Both the position numbers and the translations under genes were made by a program. A stretch of DNA of 64,000 nucleotides, taken from positions 32,001 through 96,000 of the forward strand of contig RXIG01000001.1 of NCBI GenBank assembly GCA_004212155.1, written 5' to 3'. The stretch comes from an archaeon (GTDB lineage Archaea; Methanobacteriota_B; Thermococci; Methanofastidiosales; NM3). Each line of letters opens with the position of its first letter. The stretch's first letter is position 1. Shown here piece by piece: positions 47,408 to 57,113 of this stretch. The notes under the pieces were generated by a model. That model saw nothing but the letters and a program-made list of their open reading frames with translations. It was not told the origin of the DNA and made no database searches.

Positions 47408-48649
47408 ATGCTCAAAAAGACGGCATTCGCATCTGTGCTTGCACTCGCCTTTCTTGTGCGTGCCGAACCATATCTCGTACACTCCTCGATCATGGGCGTG
47501 GATGCATACTACCATATGCGCATCATCGAGGACTTTTTCATACGCGACGCCCTCTACGCAGGCGGCAGGACAACGATATATCCTCCTCTGTTCCACCTCG
47601 TCATGCACATCATCCCGCTTTCCGTCCAGACACTCGCGCGCACCGTGCCGCCGCTCCTCTCGACATCGGTCATCTGCACGTTCGCATATATGCTGAGACA
47701 GCGTGCCGACGTTGCCATCGTCGGCACGTTCATGCTCGCGCTGCATCCCGCGCTCATCGCTCGCACCTACTTCATCCCTGAACTGCTCGCGATCGCCGTG
47801 GCGCCGCTGCTCTATGCATGGTTCGTCGATGGGCGCCCATTGCGAACGGCCGTCATGGTGGTGTTCCTCTCGCTTACGCATGTGTTCTCAGCGTTGATCT
47901 ACCTTGGTACGCTCGTGACAGTCTCCGGACGCGACAGGCGCGTGCGATTCGTTGCTATAGCGGCCTTGGTGACACTCGGTGCGTTCGTTGCGTTGCAGGG
48001 GCCGCGGATCCAGTATGCGCGCCCCTCGTTCATTGTGCCCCTGTTCATGACAATCGCGGTCTACCTGCCATTTGCCGTTCTTGGCCGCCCTCGCGGGCTG
48101 AAGGGGCGCACACTGCTCATCGGGACGATGGCGACTGTCGTTCTCTCCCTACTACTGCCCAGGGAGGTGGCAACGAGTCGGATAGGCGCCATCGGCGCCC
48201 TTTTTGTTTGCGGCACCGCTTCATATGGGCTCGTGCGCGCCTTCGAGCGCGACCGAAATGCCTTCTATGCGGCACTTGTCCTCTTCCTCGCACTCGGCCT
48301 CTCTGTCGGCCTTGCTCGCACGCCCGTTTATACACAGCCGGACATAGAAGCTGCAGGCCATCTTGGCGGCATGTCCGCATCGCCCGTCATGACGACGGCG
48401 GGCCATCTCGTGACATATCACGGGGCGTCCGTGCTCATCGATGAATATGCCGAGTTCTCCCCTCATCACGACAAGCGGAGTGAAGCGCTCTATGGGATCG
48501 TGCTACACGGAAGCACCGATTACCGTGTGCCCTCTGAAGCAGGGGTACGCTACCTCCACGTCGAGCGCTCAGTCTCGTTTTCGCGTGAACTGGGATTCTC
48601 ATGCCTCTACGACGACGGCGCGCGCATCTATCTTCTCACATCTAGATAG
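47408..48649 (+). CDS. Second GT-C fold membrane glycosyltransferase-like protein
   Basis: GVDAYYHMR, YPPLFH, many TM, LSLTH; starts 1 nt after the first paralog. Confidence 0.65.
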   Translation: MLKKTAFASVLALAFLVRAEPYLVHSSIMGVDAYYHMRIIEDFFIRDALYAGGRTTIYPPLFHLVMHIIPLSVQTLARTVPPLLSTSVICTFAYMLRQRADVAIVGTFMLALHPALIARTYFIPELLAIAVAPLLYAWFVDGRPLRTAVMVVFLSLTHVFSALIYLGTLVTVSGRDRRVRFVAIAALVTLGAFVALQGPRIQYARPSFIVPLFMTIAVYLPFAVLGRPRGLKGRTLLIGTMATVVLSLLLPREVATSRIGAIGALFVCGTASYGLVRAFERDRNAFYAALVLFLALGLSVGLARTPVYTQPDIEAAGHLGGMSASPVMTTAGHLVTYHGASVLIDEYAEFSPHHDKRSEALYGIVLHGSTDYRVPSEAGVRYLHVERSVSFSRELGFSCLYDDGARIYLLTSR

Positions 48650-48681
48650 CTTTTTAAGTGGGCACACGGTGAGATTTTCAC

Positions 48682-50391
48682 ATGTCAGATGATGTCGAGA
48701 CCCATATACGCGAACTGGCGCTCAAGAATGCCGTCTCGCATGGGGGCAGTGCGGAGAAAAAGGCTGTCATAAGCAAGCTCCTTGGTTCCCGCCCCGACCT
48801 TCGTGCGCACGCTCGGAAGGTCATACCCGACGTGGAACGCATCGTTGGCGAGGTGAATGCACTCTCCGAGTCGGCCCAGCGCGACGAGCTCGTTTCCATC
48901 GATCCCTCGTTTTTCGAGGTAGAGAAGAAGGAAAAGCGTTCGCTTCCCCCTTTGCCCGATGCGAAGGACGGCGCGGTCGTCACGCGTCTTCCACCCGAAC
49001 CGAACGGATACCCTCACATCGGCCACGGACTCTCGTTCTTCTTCAACCACTATTATGCGCGACACTATGATGGCAAGGTCATACTGCGCTTCGATGACAC
49101 GAATCCCCGCGCAGAGAAGGCAGAGTTCTATGAGGCCATACGCTCAGACCTGCGCTGGCTCGGGCTCGACTGGGAGAGAGAGCACAATATGTCGGATGAC
49201 ATGAAGGTCTATTACCAGTATGCTACGAAGCTCGTGGAACAGGGCGATGCCTATGTTTGCGACTGCGATCAAGAACGCGTGTCTGCGCTGCGCTACAAGG
49301 GCGAGGCCTGTCCCTGCAGTCAGAGGAACATCGAAGAGAACACATCGATGTGGGCTGCGATGTTCGATCGCGGGGAGGGCGAGGCCGTGCTGAGATTGCG
49401 CGGCGATGTCGCCTCGCAGAACACGGCCATGCGCGACCCCACGCTCTTTCGCGTCATCGACCACCCACACCCCATTCACGGCGACCGCTACTCGGTCTGG
49501 CCCGTCTACGACTTCGCATGTGCCATCGAGGATTCGATACTTGGCATCACCCATGTGCTTCGCTCAAACGAGTTCGCGCTTCGTATCGAGCTCCAGGACT
49601 TCATCCGTAGGCGTCTTGGCCTGCGCAGCCCCGTCACGCTCCAGTACTCCCGCTTCACCATCCGGGGATCTCCTACGTCCAAGCGCCTGATACGCCCTCT
49701 GATCGAGGAGGGCGTCGTCTCCGGGTATGACGACCCTCGACTCGTCACGCTGCGCGCACTGCACAGGCGCGGCATCGTGCCGGAAACAGTGGGCGAGCTC
49801 GCCAAGGAAATCGGGCTCTCGACGTCAGAGCCTGAGATCGACTGGTCGCTTGTCGAGTCGATCAACCGAAAGCTCATAGATCCGGTGGCGAAACGGTACT
49901 TCTTCGTTGAGGATCCGGTGCGCCTCGAAATTGAGGGCCTCGCCCCCGGAGAGGTCACGCTGCCCCTCCATCCGACCGCCGACCTTGGAACGCGCACGAT
50001 ACCAGTGAGCACCACCCTTTTCATATCAAAGGAGGATGCCGCCGCCCTGGCCCCGGCTGACAGGATCCGCCTCAAAGACCTGTGCAACATCGATATCCTT
50101 GAAGCGGGCGACACCGTCACGGCTCGCGTCACCGAAGAGAAGGTCGACTTGCGTTCGATCCAGAAGATCCAGTGGGCCCCCGAAGGGGGGGTTGCGATCG
50201 AGATGACCGTCCCATCCCCCCTCTATGTCGACAAGGAGCTCCAGAGGGACAGCATTGCTTACGTCACGGGCATCGCCGAGCCTGCCTTCGGAGCATGTGA
50301 GGTCGACGACATCGTGCAGTTCGAGCGGGTCGGATTCGCGCGCGTCGATACAAAGGGGGAGCCCGTGCGCGTCATATTCGCACACCGTTGA
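48682..50391 (+). CDS. gltX: Glutamyl-tRNA synthetase (probably non-discriminating, given gatDE)
   Basis: ALKNA..HGG.A, RLPPEPNGYPHIGH, RFDDTNP, WPVYDFAC, THVLR, DDPRL.TL, VQFERVGF. Confidence 0.95.
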   Translation: MSDDVETHIRELALKNAVSHGGSAEKKAVISKLLGSRPDLRAHARKVIPDVERIVGEVNALSESAQRDELVSIDPSFFEVEKKEKRSLPPLPDAKDGAVVTRLPPEPNGYPHIGHGLSFFFNHYYARHYDGKVILRFDDTNPRAEKAEFYEAIRSDLRWLGLDWEREHNMSDDMKVYYQYATKLVEQGDAYVCDCDQERVSALRYKGEACPCSQRNIEENTSMWAAMFDRGEGEAVLRLRGDVASQNTAMRDPTLFRVIDHPHPIHGDRYSVWPVYDFACAIEDSILGITHVLRSNEFALRIELQDFIRRRLGLRSPVTLQYSRFTIRGSPTSKRLIRPLIEEGVVSGYDDPRLVTLRALHRRGIVPETVGELAKEIGLSTSEPEIDWSLVESINRKLIDPVAKRYFFVEDPVRLEIEGLAPGEVTLPLHPTADLGTRTIPVSTTLFISKEDAAALAPADRIRLKDLCNIDILEAGDTVTARVTEEKVDLRSIQKIQWAPEGGVAIEMTVPSPLYVDKELQRDSIAYVTGIAEPAFGACEVDDIVQFERVGFARVDTKGEPVRVIFAHR

Positions 50392-50435
50392 TAAAAAACC
50401 GAAAGCGTTAAAGTCATCCCATGTGATGAAGTGGT

Positions 50436-50969
50436 ATGGAACAGCCGATGACAACACTCGTGGAACTGGAAAAGCGACACCTGCCCTTTCTCGATTCACT
50501 GTGGAAGGACCCCAACGTGACGTGCTACACTGGTATCCCGTCCGGAGGCATCGACGTCTACGCCTGGTACGAGCGATACGCACGCACCAGCGACAAGCAC
50601 GAGGGGGACACGGGCCACTTCATGATCTACGCAGACGACACACCGATCGGAGAGACCGCATACGGCATGCTTCCGCGCGAGTTCATATTCGGTTCGTGGT
50701 CAAAGGACGTGAAGCGGCCCTGCGCCCTGGCCGACATCAAGCTTGCCACCGACCACTGGGGAAGGGGGTATGCGACCGATGCGTTCCTGCAGCTCATCGA
50801 CCACGTCTTCACGAACACACGCGCCGTAGACATCATAGCACTTCCCCACGAGGCGAACGAACGTGCATTGCGGCTCTATGAGCGATGCGGCCTTGTCTCG
50901 ACAGGCGCGTCCAACCCATATGGGATGCTCGTATTCACCATCACGAAAGAGATGTGGAACGATGGTTAA
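50436..50969 (+). CDS. GNAT family acetyltransferase (RimJ/RimL-like)
   Basis: HWGRGYAT, NERALRLYERCG. Confidence 0.85.
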   Translation: MEQPMTTLVELEKRHLPFLDSLWKDPNVTCYTGIPSGGIDVYAWYERYARTSDKHEGDTGHFMIYADDTPIGETAYGMLPREFIFGSWSKDVKRPCALADIKLATDHWGRGYATDAFLQLIDHVFTNTRAVDIIALPHEANERALRLYERCGLVSTGASNPYGMLVFTITKEMWNDG

Positions 50970-51474
50970 GATCGTCATTTACCATGCGCGTCAGTGCCAT
51001 CCCAAGAAGTGCACGGCCCGGCGATTGGGCAAGTTCGGCCTTGCAGCGATCGTCGAACGGGTCGATGCGATCCCCTACGGATCGATCTACCTCAACCCGT
51101 TCTCGGCAAAGGCGCTCTCGCCCGCTGACAGGGAGCATCTCAATCAGGGCATCTCGGCGCTCGACTGTTCGTGGGAGACGGCCTCGCTGCTGTTCAAGCG
51201 CATCTCACCGCGCGTGGAGGACAGGTGCCTCCCGTACCTCGTCGCCGCCAATCCGACAAACTTCGGGAAGCCCACCAAGCTCTCGACCGCAGAGGCCGTC
51301 GCAGCAGCTCTTTATATCCTTGGGGAGAAGCCAAAAGCTTTAAATATCATGGATAGATTCAAATGGGGTAAAACATTTATCGATCTTAATCGTGAGCTCT
51401 TGGAGCGCTATTCCGAAGCACATGATAGCAGCGAGGTCGTAGAGATCCAACGCGAATACATGACGGGGGACTAA
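50962..51474 (+). CDS. tsr3: rRNA aminocarboxypropyltransferase Tsr3
   Basis: [49 protein letters not shown]. Confidence 0.94.
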   Translation: MVKIVIYHARQCHPKKCTARRLGKFGLAAIVERVDAIPYGSIYLNPFSAKALSPADREHLNQGISALDCSWETASLLFKRISPRVEDRCLPYLVAANPTNFGKPTKLSTAEAVAAALYILGEKPKALNIMDRFKWGKTFIDLNRELLERYSEAHDSSEVVEIQREYMTGD

Positions 51475-51475
51475 T

Positions 51476-51619
51476 ATGAGATCACAGATAGCCGAGTTGA
51501 GACTGTTCAAGACGAAAATTTGTATGAAGTGCAATGCGAGAAACGGTTGGAAGGCGAAGAAGTGCAGAAAGTGCAATTCATCCTCATTGCGCTACAAGGC
51601 TAAGGAAAAGAGGGCCTAA
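51476..51619 (+). CDS. rpl40e: 50S ribosomal protein L40e (47 aa)
   Basis: Manual translation [47 protein letters not shown]. Confidence 0.95.
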   Translation: MRSQIAELRLFKTKICMKCNARNGWKAKKCRKCNSSSLRYKAKEKRA

Positions 51620-51690
51620 TCCTCCCTCATTCCCGTATTTTTTCAACCAACATTTTTATACTGTTCTCTTAATTCTGAATAGGTGCTTAC

Positions 51691-52425
51691 ATGACAGGTC
51701 GCGTTGAGACGTCGATATTGGACATGCTTGCTCGCGGCAAGCTACACTTCACGTTGCTCGATCCTGACGATGTCACTCCCGAGCGCGCAAGGAATATAGT
51801 CACGAAGGCGGAGGAGGCGGGCACGTCAGCGATCATGATCGGCGGCTCCACCAACGCTGCCGGACCGAACCTTGATGCGGTCGTGCAGGCGATAAAGGCT
51901 ACCACGTCGTTGCCGGTCATACTGTTTCCCGGCGGCGCCTCCGCGATCACGCCGCATGCCGACGCTATCTTCTTCATGTCGATCCTCAACTCACGCAACC
52001 CGTACTTCATCACGAAATCGCAAGCTCTCGGCGCCATCCCCGTCAAACAAGCAGGGATCGAGCCGATCCCAATGGCATATCTCGTCACCGAGCCCGGGAT
52101 GACCGTGGGATACATCGGTGAGGCCGACCTCCTCCCGCGAAACAAACCTGCGATCGCAGCGACATATGCGCTGGCAGGCCAGTACATGGGCATGCGCTTC
52201 GTCTATCTTGAGGCAGGGTCCGGGGCCGATGCACCAGCGCCCGCCGAGATGATCGGCGTCGTAAAGCGCGTCATCGATGTGCCCCTCATCGTGGGCGGAG
52301 GCATCACGACGCCCGAACAGGCGCGCACCGCCGTGACGGCAGGGGCCGACATCATCGTCACCGGCACGCTGGCAGAGAACGACCCCGACATGCTTGCGTC
52401 AATAATCAAGGCCATAGACGTGTAG
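51691..52425 (+). CDS. Geranylgeranylglyceryl phosphate synthase
   Basis: HFTLLDPD, IMIGGS, ILFPG, FFMSILNS, YLEAGSGA, IVGGGI. Confidence 0.93.
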   Translation: MTGRVETSILDMLARGKLHFTLLDPDDVTPERARNIVTKAEEAGTSAIMIGGSTNAAGPNLDAVVQAIKATTSLPVILFPGGASAITPHADAIFFMSILNSRNPYFITKSQALGAIPVKQAGIEPIPMAYLVTEPGMTVGYIGEADLLPRNKPAIAATYALAGQYMGMRFVYLEAGSGADAPAPAEMIGVVKRVIDVPLIVGGGITTPEQARTAVTAGADIIVTGTLAENDPDMLASIIKAIDV

Positions 52426-52428
52426 GCA

Positions 52429-53547
52429 ATGTCTTTGATAAGCGAGGTCAACGGATTCCTTGACAACGTGCGGTATGAATACCCTTCCTCCTGCAGCGGG
52501 CTTCCCGACTTCTTCGAATCGCTGCATACCAACTACGAGCGTCTTCGCTCGTACAAGGATGAGATGGAGTTTTACGGGTTTCGCAACCCGTACTATGTCA
52601 TCAAGGGCGTACGCGATTCGTGGAAGGACCCGTTCTTCCGCCAGACCGCGACGAAGAAGAAGATCACCTTTGACAGGATACAGTACTCGCTCGCCGCACA
52701 TCGCATCGCACTCGCCCACGCGACCGAGGCCATCGAGGTGCACAATGGCAAACGCCGCATCACCGGCGAGCAAGCGTTCCTAAATGCGTCCGAGGGCGAG
52801 ATCGGATGCAATCCGGACGGCGTCTACAATCTGTCCGTCCTTCCATACCTTCCGTATCGCGGGGAGTACATGCTCTTGCTCTCGAATCTGCCAAAGCGTG
52901 ACCGATATACCTACCGAAAGATCGTGGGCGCGCTGGGGCAGGGCAAGGCAGACCGCCCTCATACACGCCCGATACGGCCGTCGCGTCCCGCATCTTCGCG
53001 CACCATCCCGACCGTGCCCCTAGGCAGCGAGTTCGAATCGCTTTTGAGCAAGAAGGCGCCGCGCAGCGACGCGGCCGAGCGTTCATCACGCCATCACGAC
53101 GGCCTCATCATCGACAAGTACGTGAGAAAGTGTGTCGGCATCGGGTATGCACAGCTCTCGTATGGCGAGTTCATCCATGACCTGCTCAACTACTACCTGA
53201 AGAAGTCCCGTTACGAGCGTGAGCGGTATACATCGATATTTCCCGGTATCTCCGTCGATGCTCCGCTGCACCTCTTTGGGAAGTTCTCCCGGTCCATAGA
53301 GAAGAAGGAGGAGCTTGAGGGCAAGCTCGAGGACCTGAAGATACACGAGAAGACGACAGTTATCGGTGCGGTAGCCTATTATCTCGTCAGCAACGATGAG
53401 CAGGGGACGGCGGAAATGTTTAATATGCCGTTTTCCATAGTATCTCGGGCCCTTGAACGGTTCCGCACGCTTGGCATCGTCGAGGGAAAACAGCTTATCA
53501 GTAAACGAACAAGGGATTTCCTTGACTATCTAAAGGCAGAACGATGA
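52429..53547 (+). CDS. Conserved archaeal protein, DUF530-like
   Basis: LISEVNGFLD, L..NYERL...MEFYGF..PY, AAHRIAL, YLPYRG.Y, Y.LKKSR.ER; family recalled, not verified. Confidence 0.65.
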   Translation: MSLISEVNGFLDNVRYEYPSSCSGLPDFFESLHTNYERLRSYKDEMEFYGFRNPYYVIKGVRDSWKDPFFRQTATKKKITFDRIQYSLAAHRIALAHATEAIEVHNGKRRITGEQAFLNASEGEIGCNPDGVYNLSVLPYLPYRGEYMLLLSNLPKRDRYTYRKIVGALGQGKADRPHTRPIRPSRPASSRTIPTVPLGSEFESLLSKKAPRSDAAERSSRHHDGLIIDKYVRKCVGIGYAQLSYGEFIHDLLNYYLKKSRYERERYTSIFPGISVDAPLHLFGKFSRSIEKKEELEGKLEDLKIHEKTTVIGAVAYYLVSNDEQGTAEMFNMPFSIVSRALERFRTLGIVEGKQLISKRTRDFLDYLKAER

Positions 53548-53945
53548 AGGTCTTCAAGGCGAAACGGAAGGAGGATATGATAGCCCATATACGTGAGGGA
53601 TTCACCGACGCGGAGGTCTACATAACCTTACGCCCCTGCATCGACATCGTCGTCGAGCTGCTCGAGAATGGTCCAAACCTTGCAACGATTTACTGCCCTC
53701 CGTCGCTTTACAAGCTTACCTCCGACAGGGTGCGCCACGCGCTCGAGAAGGTCGGCATAAGTCTAGAACCGATGGGTGGCGGTGCCGGTCGTCCGCGCGT
53801 CTATTCTGAAAACGACGTGGTCGAGATAAGAAAATTGCAAAAGCTTGGCCACTCCATCACGCGCATATCCAAGGAGCTTGGCATACCGCGCCGCACGATA
53901 TATTACCTTCTCCGTGATGAGGACCTTGGCACGCGTCAACCGTAG
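53544..53945 (+). CDS. DUF1699-like protein with C-terminal HTH
   Basis: ITLRP, CPPSLY, GRPR, ISKELGIPRRTIYYLL; ATGA overlap with upstream gene. Confidence 0.7.
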   Translation: MKVFKAKRKEDMIAHIREGFTDAEVYITLRPCIDIVVELLENGPNLATIYCPPSLYKLTSDRVRHALEKVGISLEPMGGGAGRPRVYSENDVVEIRKLQKLGHSITRISKELGIPRRTIYYLLRDEDLGTRQP

Positions 53946-54844
53946 AGCGATTCGAGCTTCGCGACCCGTTCATTAACCTCTTTTGGTGTCATGTCCAGAT
54001 GTTCGAGCACCGTTTCGGATACGGTATCACCGAACGTCTTGTCCTCTATCGCAGACATGTACGTCTCGAAGTCGGAGAACAACTCCTCCTGGATCTCAAG
54101 GCCCATTCCAGGGAAGAGAAGGGAAATATATGCGTCAAACAGATAGTAGCGGTAGCTGCGGTCGGCAACATCATCGAATCCCTCCGGGAGACCGAGCGCC
54201 TCCTGCCATGCATCGGGGCGTTTGGGCAGCACGGGCATGCCGTAACGCGTTCCGATCTCGAACGACCCGTAGAGGAACCCCACCGCGTATGTGTCGATCC
54301 TCCCTTTGGCGGAAAGCGTGGCAAACGAGCACAGCATCGAGCGCGCCATGCGCATGCGTTCGCGTACGACCGCTGACACATGGGCGTCATCGATGCCGGG
54401 CACAGTGTCGATAAGCGACGAGAGCGCCCGAACATCGTTTATGGCGTGGTATGTGCCGTCGAGCTGGTCGAGGGAGCTGATTGTCGCGCCACTATCATCG
54501 CGCCCCTGGCGTGTTGCCCCCATTGCTGCCTTGGCGGCGGGCACGAGCCGGGTGAAAAACGATCGTGCACCCTCCGGCGCCCCTGCGGCATTTTCGTTGA
54601 ATTCAAGCATTTCCAGCGTTCCGTGGTCAATGACGAATCTGACCGTTATCTGGCCGCCGTCTCGAAACGAGAGGGGAAAGTAGGCCTTCCCGTTCTTGCA
54701 CAACGTTGCGTGGGCCGCGCGCAGTTCGTCCTGCGCCATTCCTTCGGGGAGCGGCGCCTCAATCAGGACGGGCGCCGGCATGAACTCGCTCGATCCCGTC
54801 CGCACGGCATTTTTCAACGCGGAAAGTGGCCCTCCAGAGTCCAT
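53936..54844 (-). CDS. Hypothetical protein, 302 aa
   Basis: Long ORF filling the gap; minus-strand TATA upstream (about 54868-54875). Confidence 0.65.
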   Translation of the reverse strand: MDSGGPLSALKNAVRTGSSEFMPAPVLIEAPLPEGMAQDELRAAHATLCKNGKAYFPLSFRDGGQITVRFVIDHGTLEMLEFNENAAGAPEGARSFFTRLVPAAKAAMGATRQGRDDSGATISSLDQLDGTYHAINDVRALSSLIDTVPGIDDAHVSAVVRERMRMARSMLCSFATLSAKGRIDTYAVGFLYGSFEIGTRYGMPVLPKRPDAWQEALGLPEGFDDVADRSYRYYLFDAYISLLFPGMGLEIQEELFSDFETYMSAIEDKTFGDTVSETVLEHLDMTPKEVNERVAKLESLYG

Positions 54845-54987
54845 ACATCATTGTGGGAGCAGTATGATTTAAATATTGTCCTTTGACAAAACACCATGGC
54901 AATGTATTTAAGTGCGTCACCGTCAAGTGAGGTATATCATCAGCGCATCGTGCTTTTTTTCGATCGGCATGCAAGAACGTGACAAGT

Positions 54988-55419
54988 ATGAACGTGAGGC
55001 CAATAACTCCCTCTGACATCAATGAAGTCTTGAAGATAGAATACGAATGCTTTAAGTATCCCTACCCTCCATCGCTTATCAACTTCCTCTATGCCAACTT
55101 CCGCGAGAGCTTCCTCGTGGCCGAGGTCGATGCGATCGCCGGTTATGTGATCGGCATAAGCGATGATGTCGAGGGACACATCATCTCGATAGGTGTGCGT
55201 GAGGGATATCGCAACCTCGGCGTCGGAAAGACGCTCATGGACCACATCCTCGACGTGTTCATCGGACGCAACCTCTCATACGTTCGCCTCGAGGTGCGCG
55301 AGGGCAACAAGAAGGCGATACGGTTCTACTACCGATTGGGATTTCGCAGGCGCGAGGTGCTTCGCAACTACTACGAGGACGGGGAGAACGCTTACGTACT
55401 CGTGAAGCGCTTGAAGTGA
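54988..55419 (+). CDS. rimI: RimI/Ard1-like N-terminal acetyltransferase
   Basis: IEYECFKYPY, GHIISIGV..YRNLGVG, LEVR..N..AI.FY, YYEDGENAY. Confidence 0.9.
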   Translation: MNVRPITPSDINEVLKIEYECFKYPYPPSLINFLYANFRESFLVAEVDAIAGYVIGISDDVEGHIISIGVREGYRNLGVGKTLMDHILDVFIGRNLSYVRLEVREGNKKAIRFYYRLGFRRREVLRNYYEDGENAYVLVKRLK

Positions 55420-55423
55420 TATC

Positions 55424-55930
55424 ATGGAATGGAAGTCGCATCTTGCAGGGGGACTCATCGCAGCGGCGATTGGTATGGCCGTAATCGGGGGCACAGGGCC
55501 GCTTGAGATGGTGGACGCCTTCGTATTGACGTCGTTTTTTGCAGTCGTACCCTGTGTGCCAGACATATTCTCAAAGCACTTTCGAACGCCACTTACCCAT
55601 TCGCTTTTCGTGCCCCTTGCTGCCTTTTTGTTCATATCGGTCCTTGCCATCCTTCCAACACCGAACCTCTACGGCCTTATATCCCTCGAGGGTGCGTTCT
55701 TTGTGGCCCTTGGGCTCGCATCCCATGCTCTGCTCGACTCGTTCACCTCGGCCGGCGCCCCCCTTCTCTACCCGCTGGTGGGAAGGCGCCATCTTCACTT
55801 CCCATGGTTCGGGGCCCGGATGCGTTATGAGGACGGCACCTCCCACAACACGCTGCAGGCCGTTGGGGTGATCGTATGTGCTGTCGCGCTGCTCATCGAG
55901 CTCATCGGGCGCCTTGCCGGGGCCCTTTGA
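55424..55930 (+). CDS. Membrane metal-dependent hydrolase (YdjM-like)
   Basis: WKSH, VPD, THS, SHALLDSFT..G.PLLYP. Confidence 0.8.
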   Translation: MEWKSHLAGGLIAAAIGMAVIGGTGPLEMVDAFVLTSFFAVVPCVPDIFSKHFRTPLTHSLFVPLAAFLFISVLAILPTPNLYGLISLEGAFFVALGLASHALLDSFTSAGAPLLYPLVGRRHLHFPWFGARMRYEDGTSHNTLQAVGVIVCAVALLIELIGRLAGAL

Positions 55931-56028
55931 ATGCTCGTCGTTGTCGGCGGCTGCATTCACCGACGAAAGGATTGAATCAACAAAGAAAGATTTAAATTGT
56001 ATTAAAACAAGTGTATAGTGGTGGAATA

Positions 56029-56262
56029 ATGGTTGAAGCATATGTTTTGGTAACGGTTGGCATTGGAAAAGTGCATGATGTTGTTGAGGAATTGAAGTCG
56101 CTTGACTGCGTAAAGTACATCGATGCTGTTACGGGCCCCTATGACGTTATCACGCGCATCCAAGCCAGGGATCTGGGAGAGCTCACGAAGACCGTTATCC
56201 AACAGCTTCACAAGATCGACGGCGTCATCGACACCACCACGGCGATCGTCATCGATCTTTGA
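56029..56262 (+). CDS. Stand-alone Lrp/AsnC ligand-binding (RAM) domain protein
   Basis: AYVLV, VTGPYDVI, IDGVIDTTTAIV. Confidence 0.9.
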   Translation: MVEAYVLVTVGIGKVHDVVEELKSLDCVKYIDAVTGPYDVITRIQARDLGELTKTVIQQLHKIDGVIDTTTAIVIDL

Positions 56263-56301
56263 CGACATAGCTTTTTTAAGCGTAACGACGTTGTCACAAC
56301 G

Positions 56302-56886
56302 ATGCGTACGCCTCCCTCGTTTTCATCCCTCATTATAGAGCGTGATGGGGTCTATCCCGTATCTGAGGACACGCGCTTGCTCGCACGTTCTATTGACATA
56401 TCATCCGGCGAGCGGATGCTCGAGGTCGGATGCGGCACCGGCTATGTGTCACTTTGCGCGGCATCATGGGGTGCACTTGTCACTGGTGTTGACATCAGTG
56501 AGGATGCAGTGGAACTCTCGCGAGAGAACGCACGACGTAACGGAATGCATGCAACGTTTCATCAGGGCGATATGTTCGATGCCGTCTCCGGCAAGTTCGA
56601 TGTCATCGCATGCAATCCACCCTACCTCCCATCCGAATCGTTCAAGTCCACCGACTACGACCGGTGCTGGGACGGCGGTGCGGGTGGTCGGTCGTTCACA
56701 GACAGATTCATCGACGGGGTAGATCATGTGGTTGCCCCGGGTGGACGCATCTATTTGCTGCAGTCGTCGTTATGCGACCCGCATCGTAGCATTACACGGC
56801 TCATCGAACATGGGTACAATGTTACCATCACAGGATGTACAAAGCTCTTCTTCGAACAGCTGTGTGTGCTATGTGCCCACGAATGA
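56302..56886 (+). CDS. HemK2/PrmC-family release-factor glutamine methyltransferase
   Basis: VYPVSEDT.LL, LEVGCGTG, NPPYLP, WDGG..GR. Confidence 0.9.
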   Translation: MRTPPSFSSLIIERDGVYPVSEDTRLLARSIDISSGERMLEVGCGTGYVSLCAASWGALVTGVDISEDAVELSRENARRNGMHATFHQGDMFDAVSGKFDVIACNPPYLPSESFKSTDYDRCWDGGAGGRSFTDRFIDGVDHVVAPGGRIYLLQSSLCDPHRSITRLIEHGYNVTITGCTKLFFEQLCVLCAHE

Positions 56887-57113
56887 GCGTCACAGTATCC
56901 GTGCACAGACGTTCTACCCCCATACATGCCTTGTACAATAATCCGTGTGCATGAAATAATAGTATTATTCTATCTCAAAATAGATCAAGAAAATGGCATG
57001 ATTAATTATTACTCCGGCCTCGATGGAGCATTCCACCACTCGTATAAGCTGAGAATGATTATAAATTTCGTATAAGATATCTAATACTGAAAAAGAATGT
57101 TCGAGAGCGGGAG

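Noticed and set aside
56883-57075. Tiny ORFs (23 aa MSVTVSVHRR..., 25 aa MINYYSGLDG...) as precursor peptides for the radical SAM
   Set aside because: No SD, no leader/core character and no similarity to each other; expected by chance
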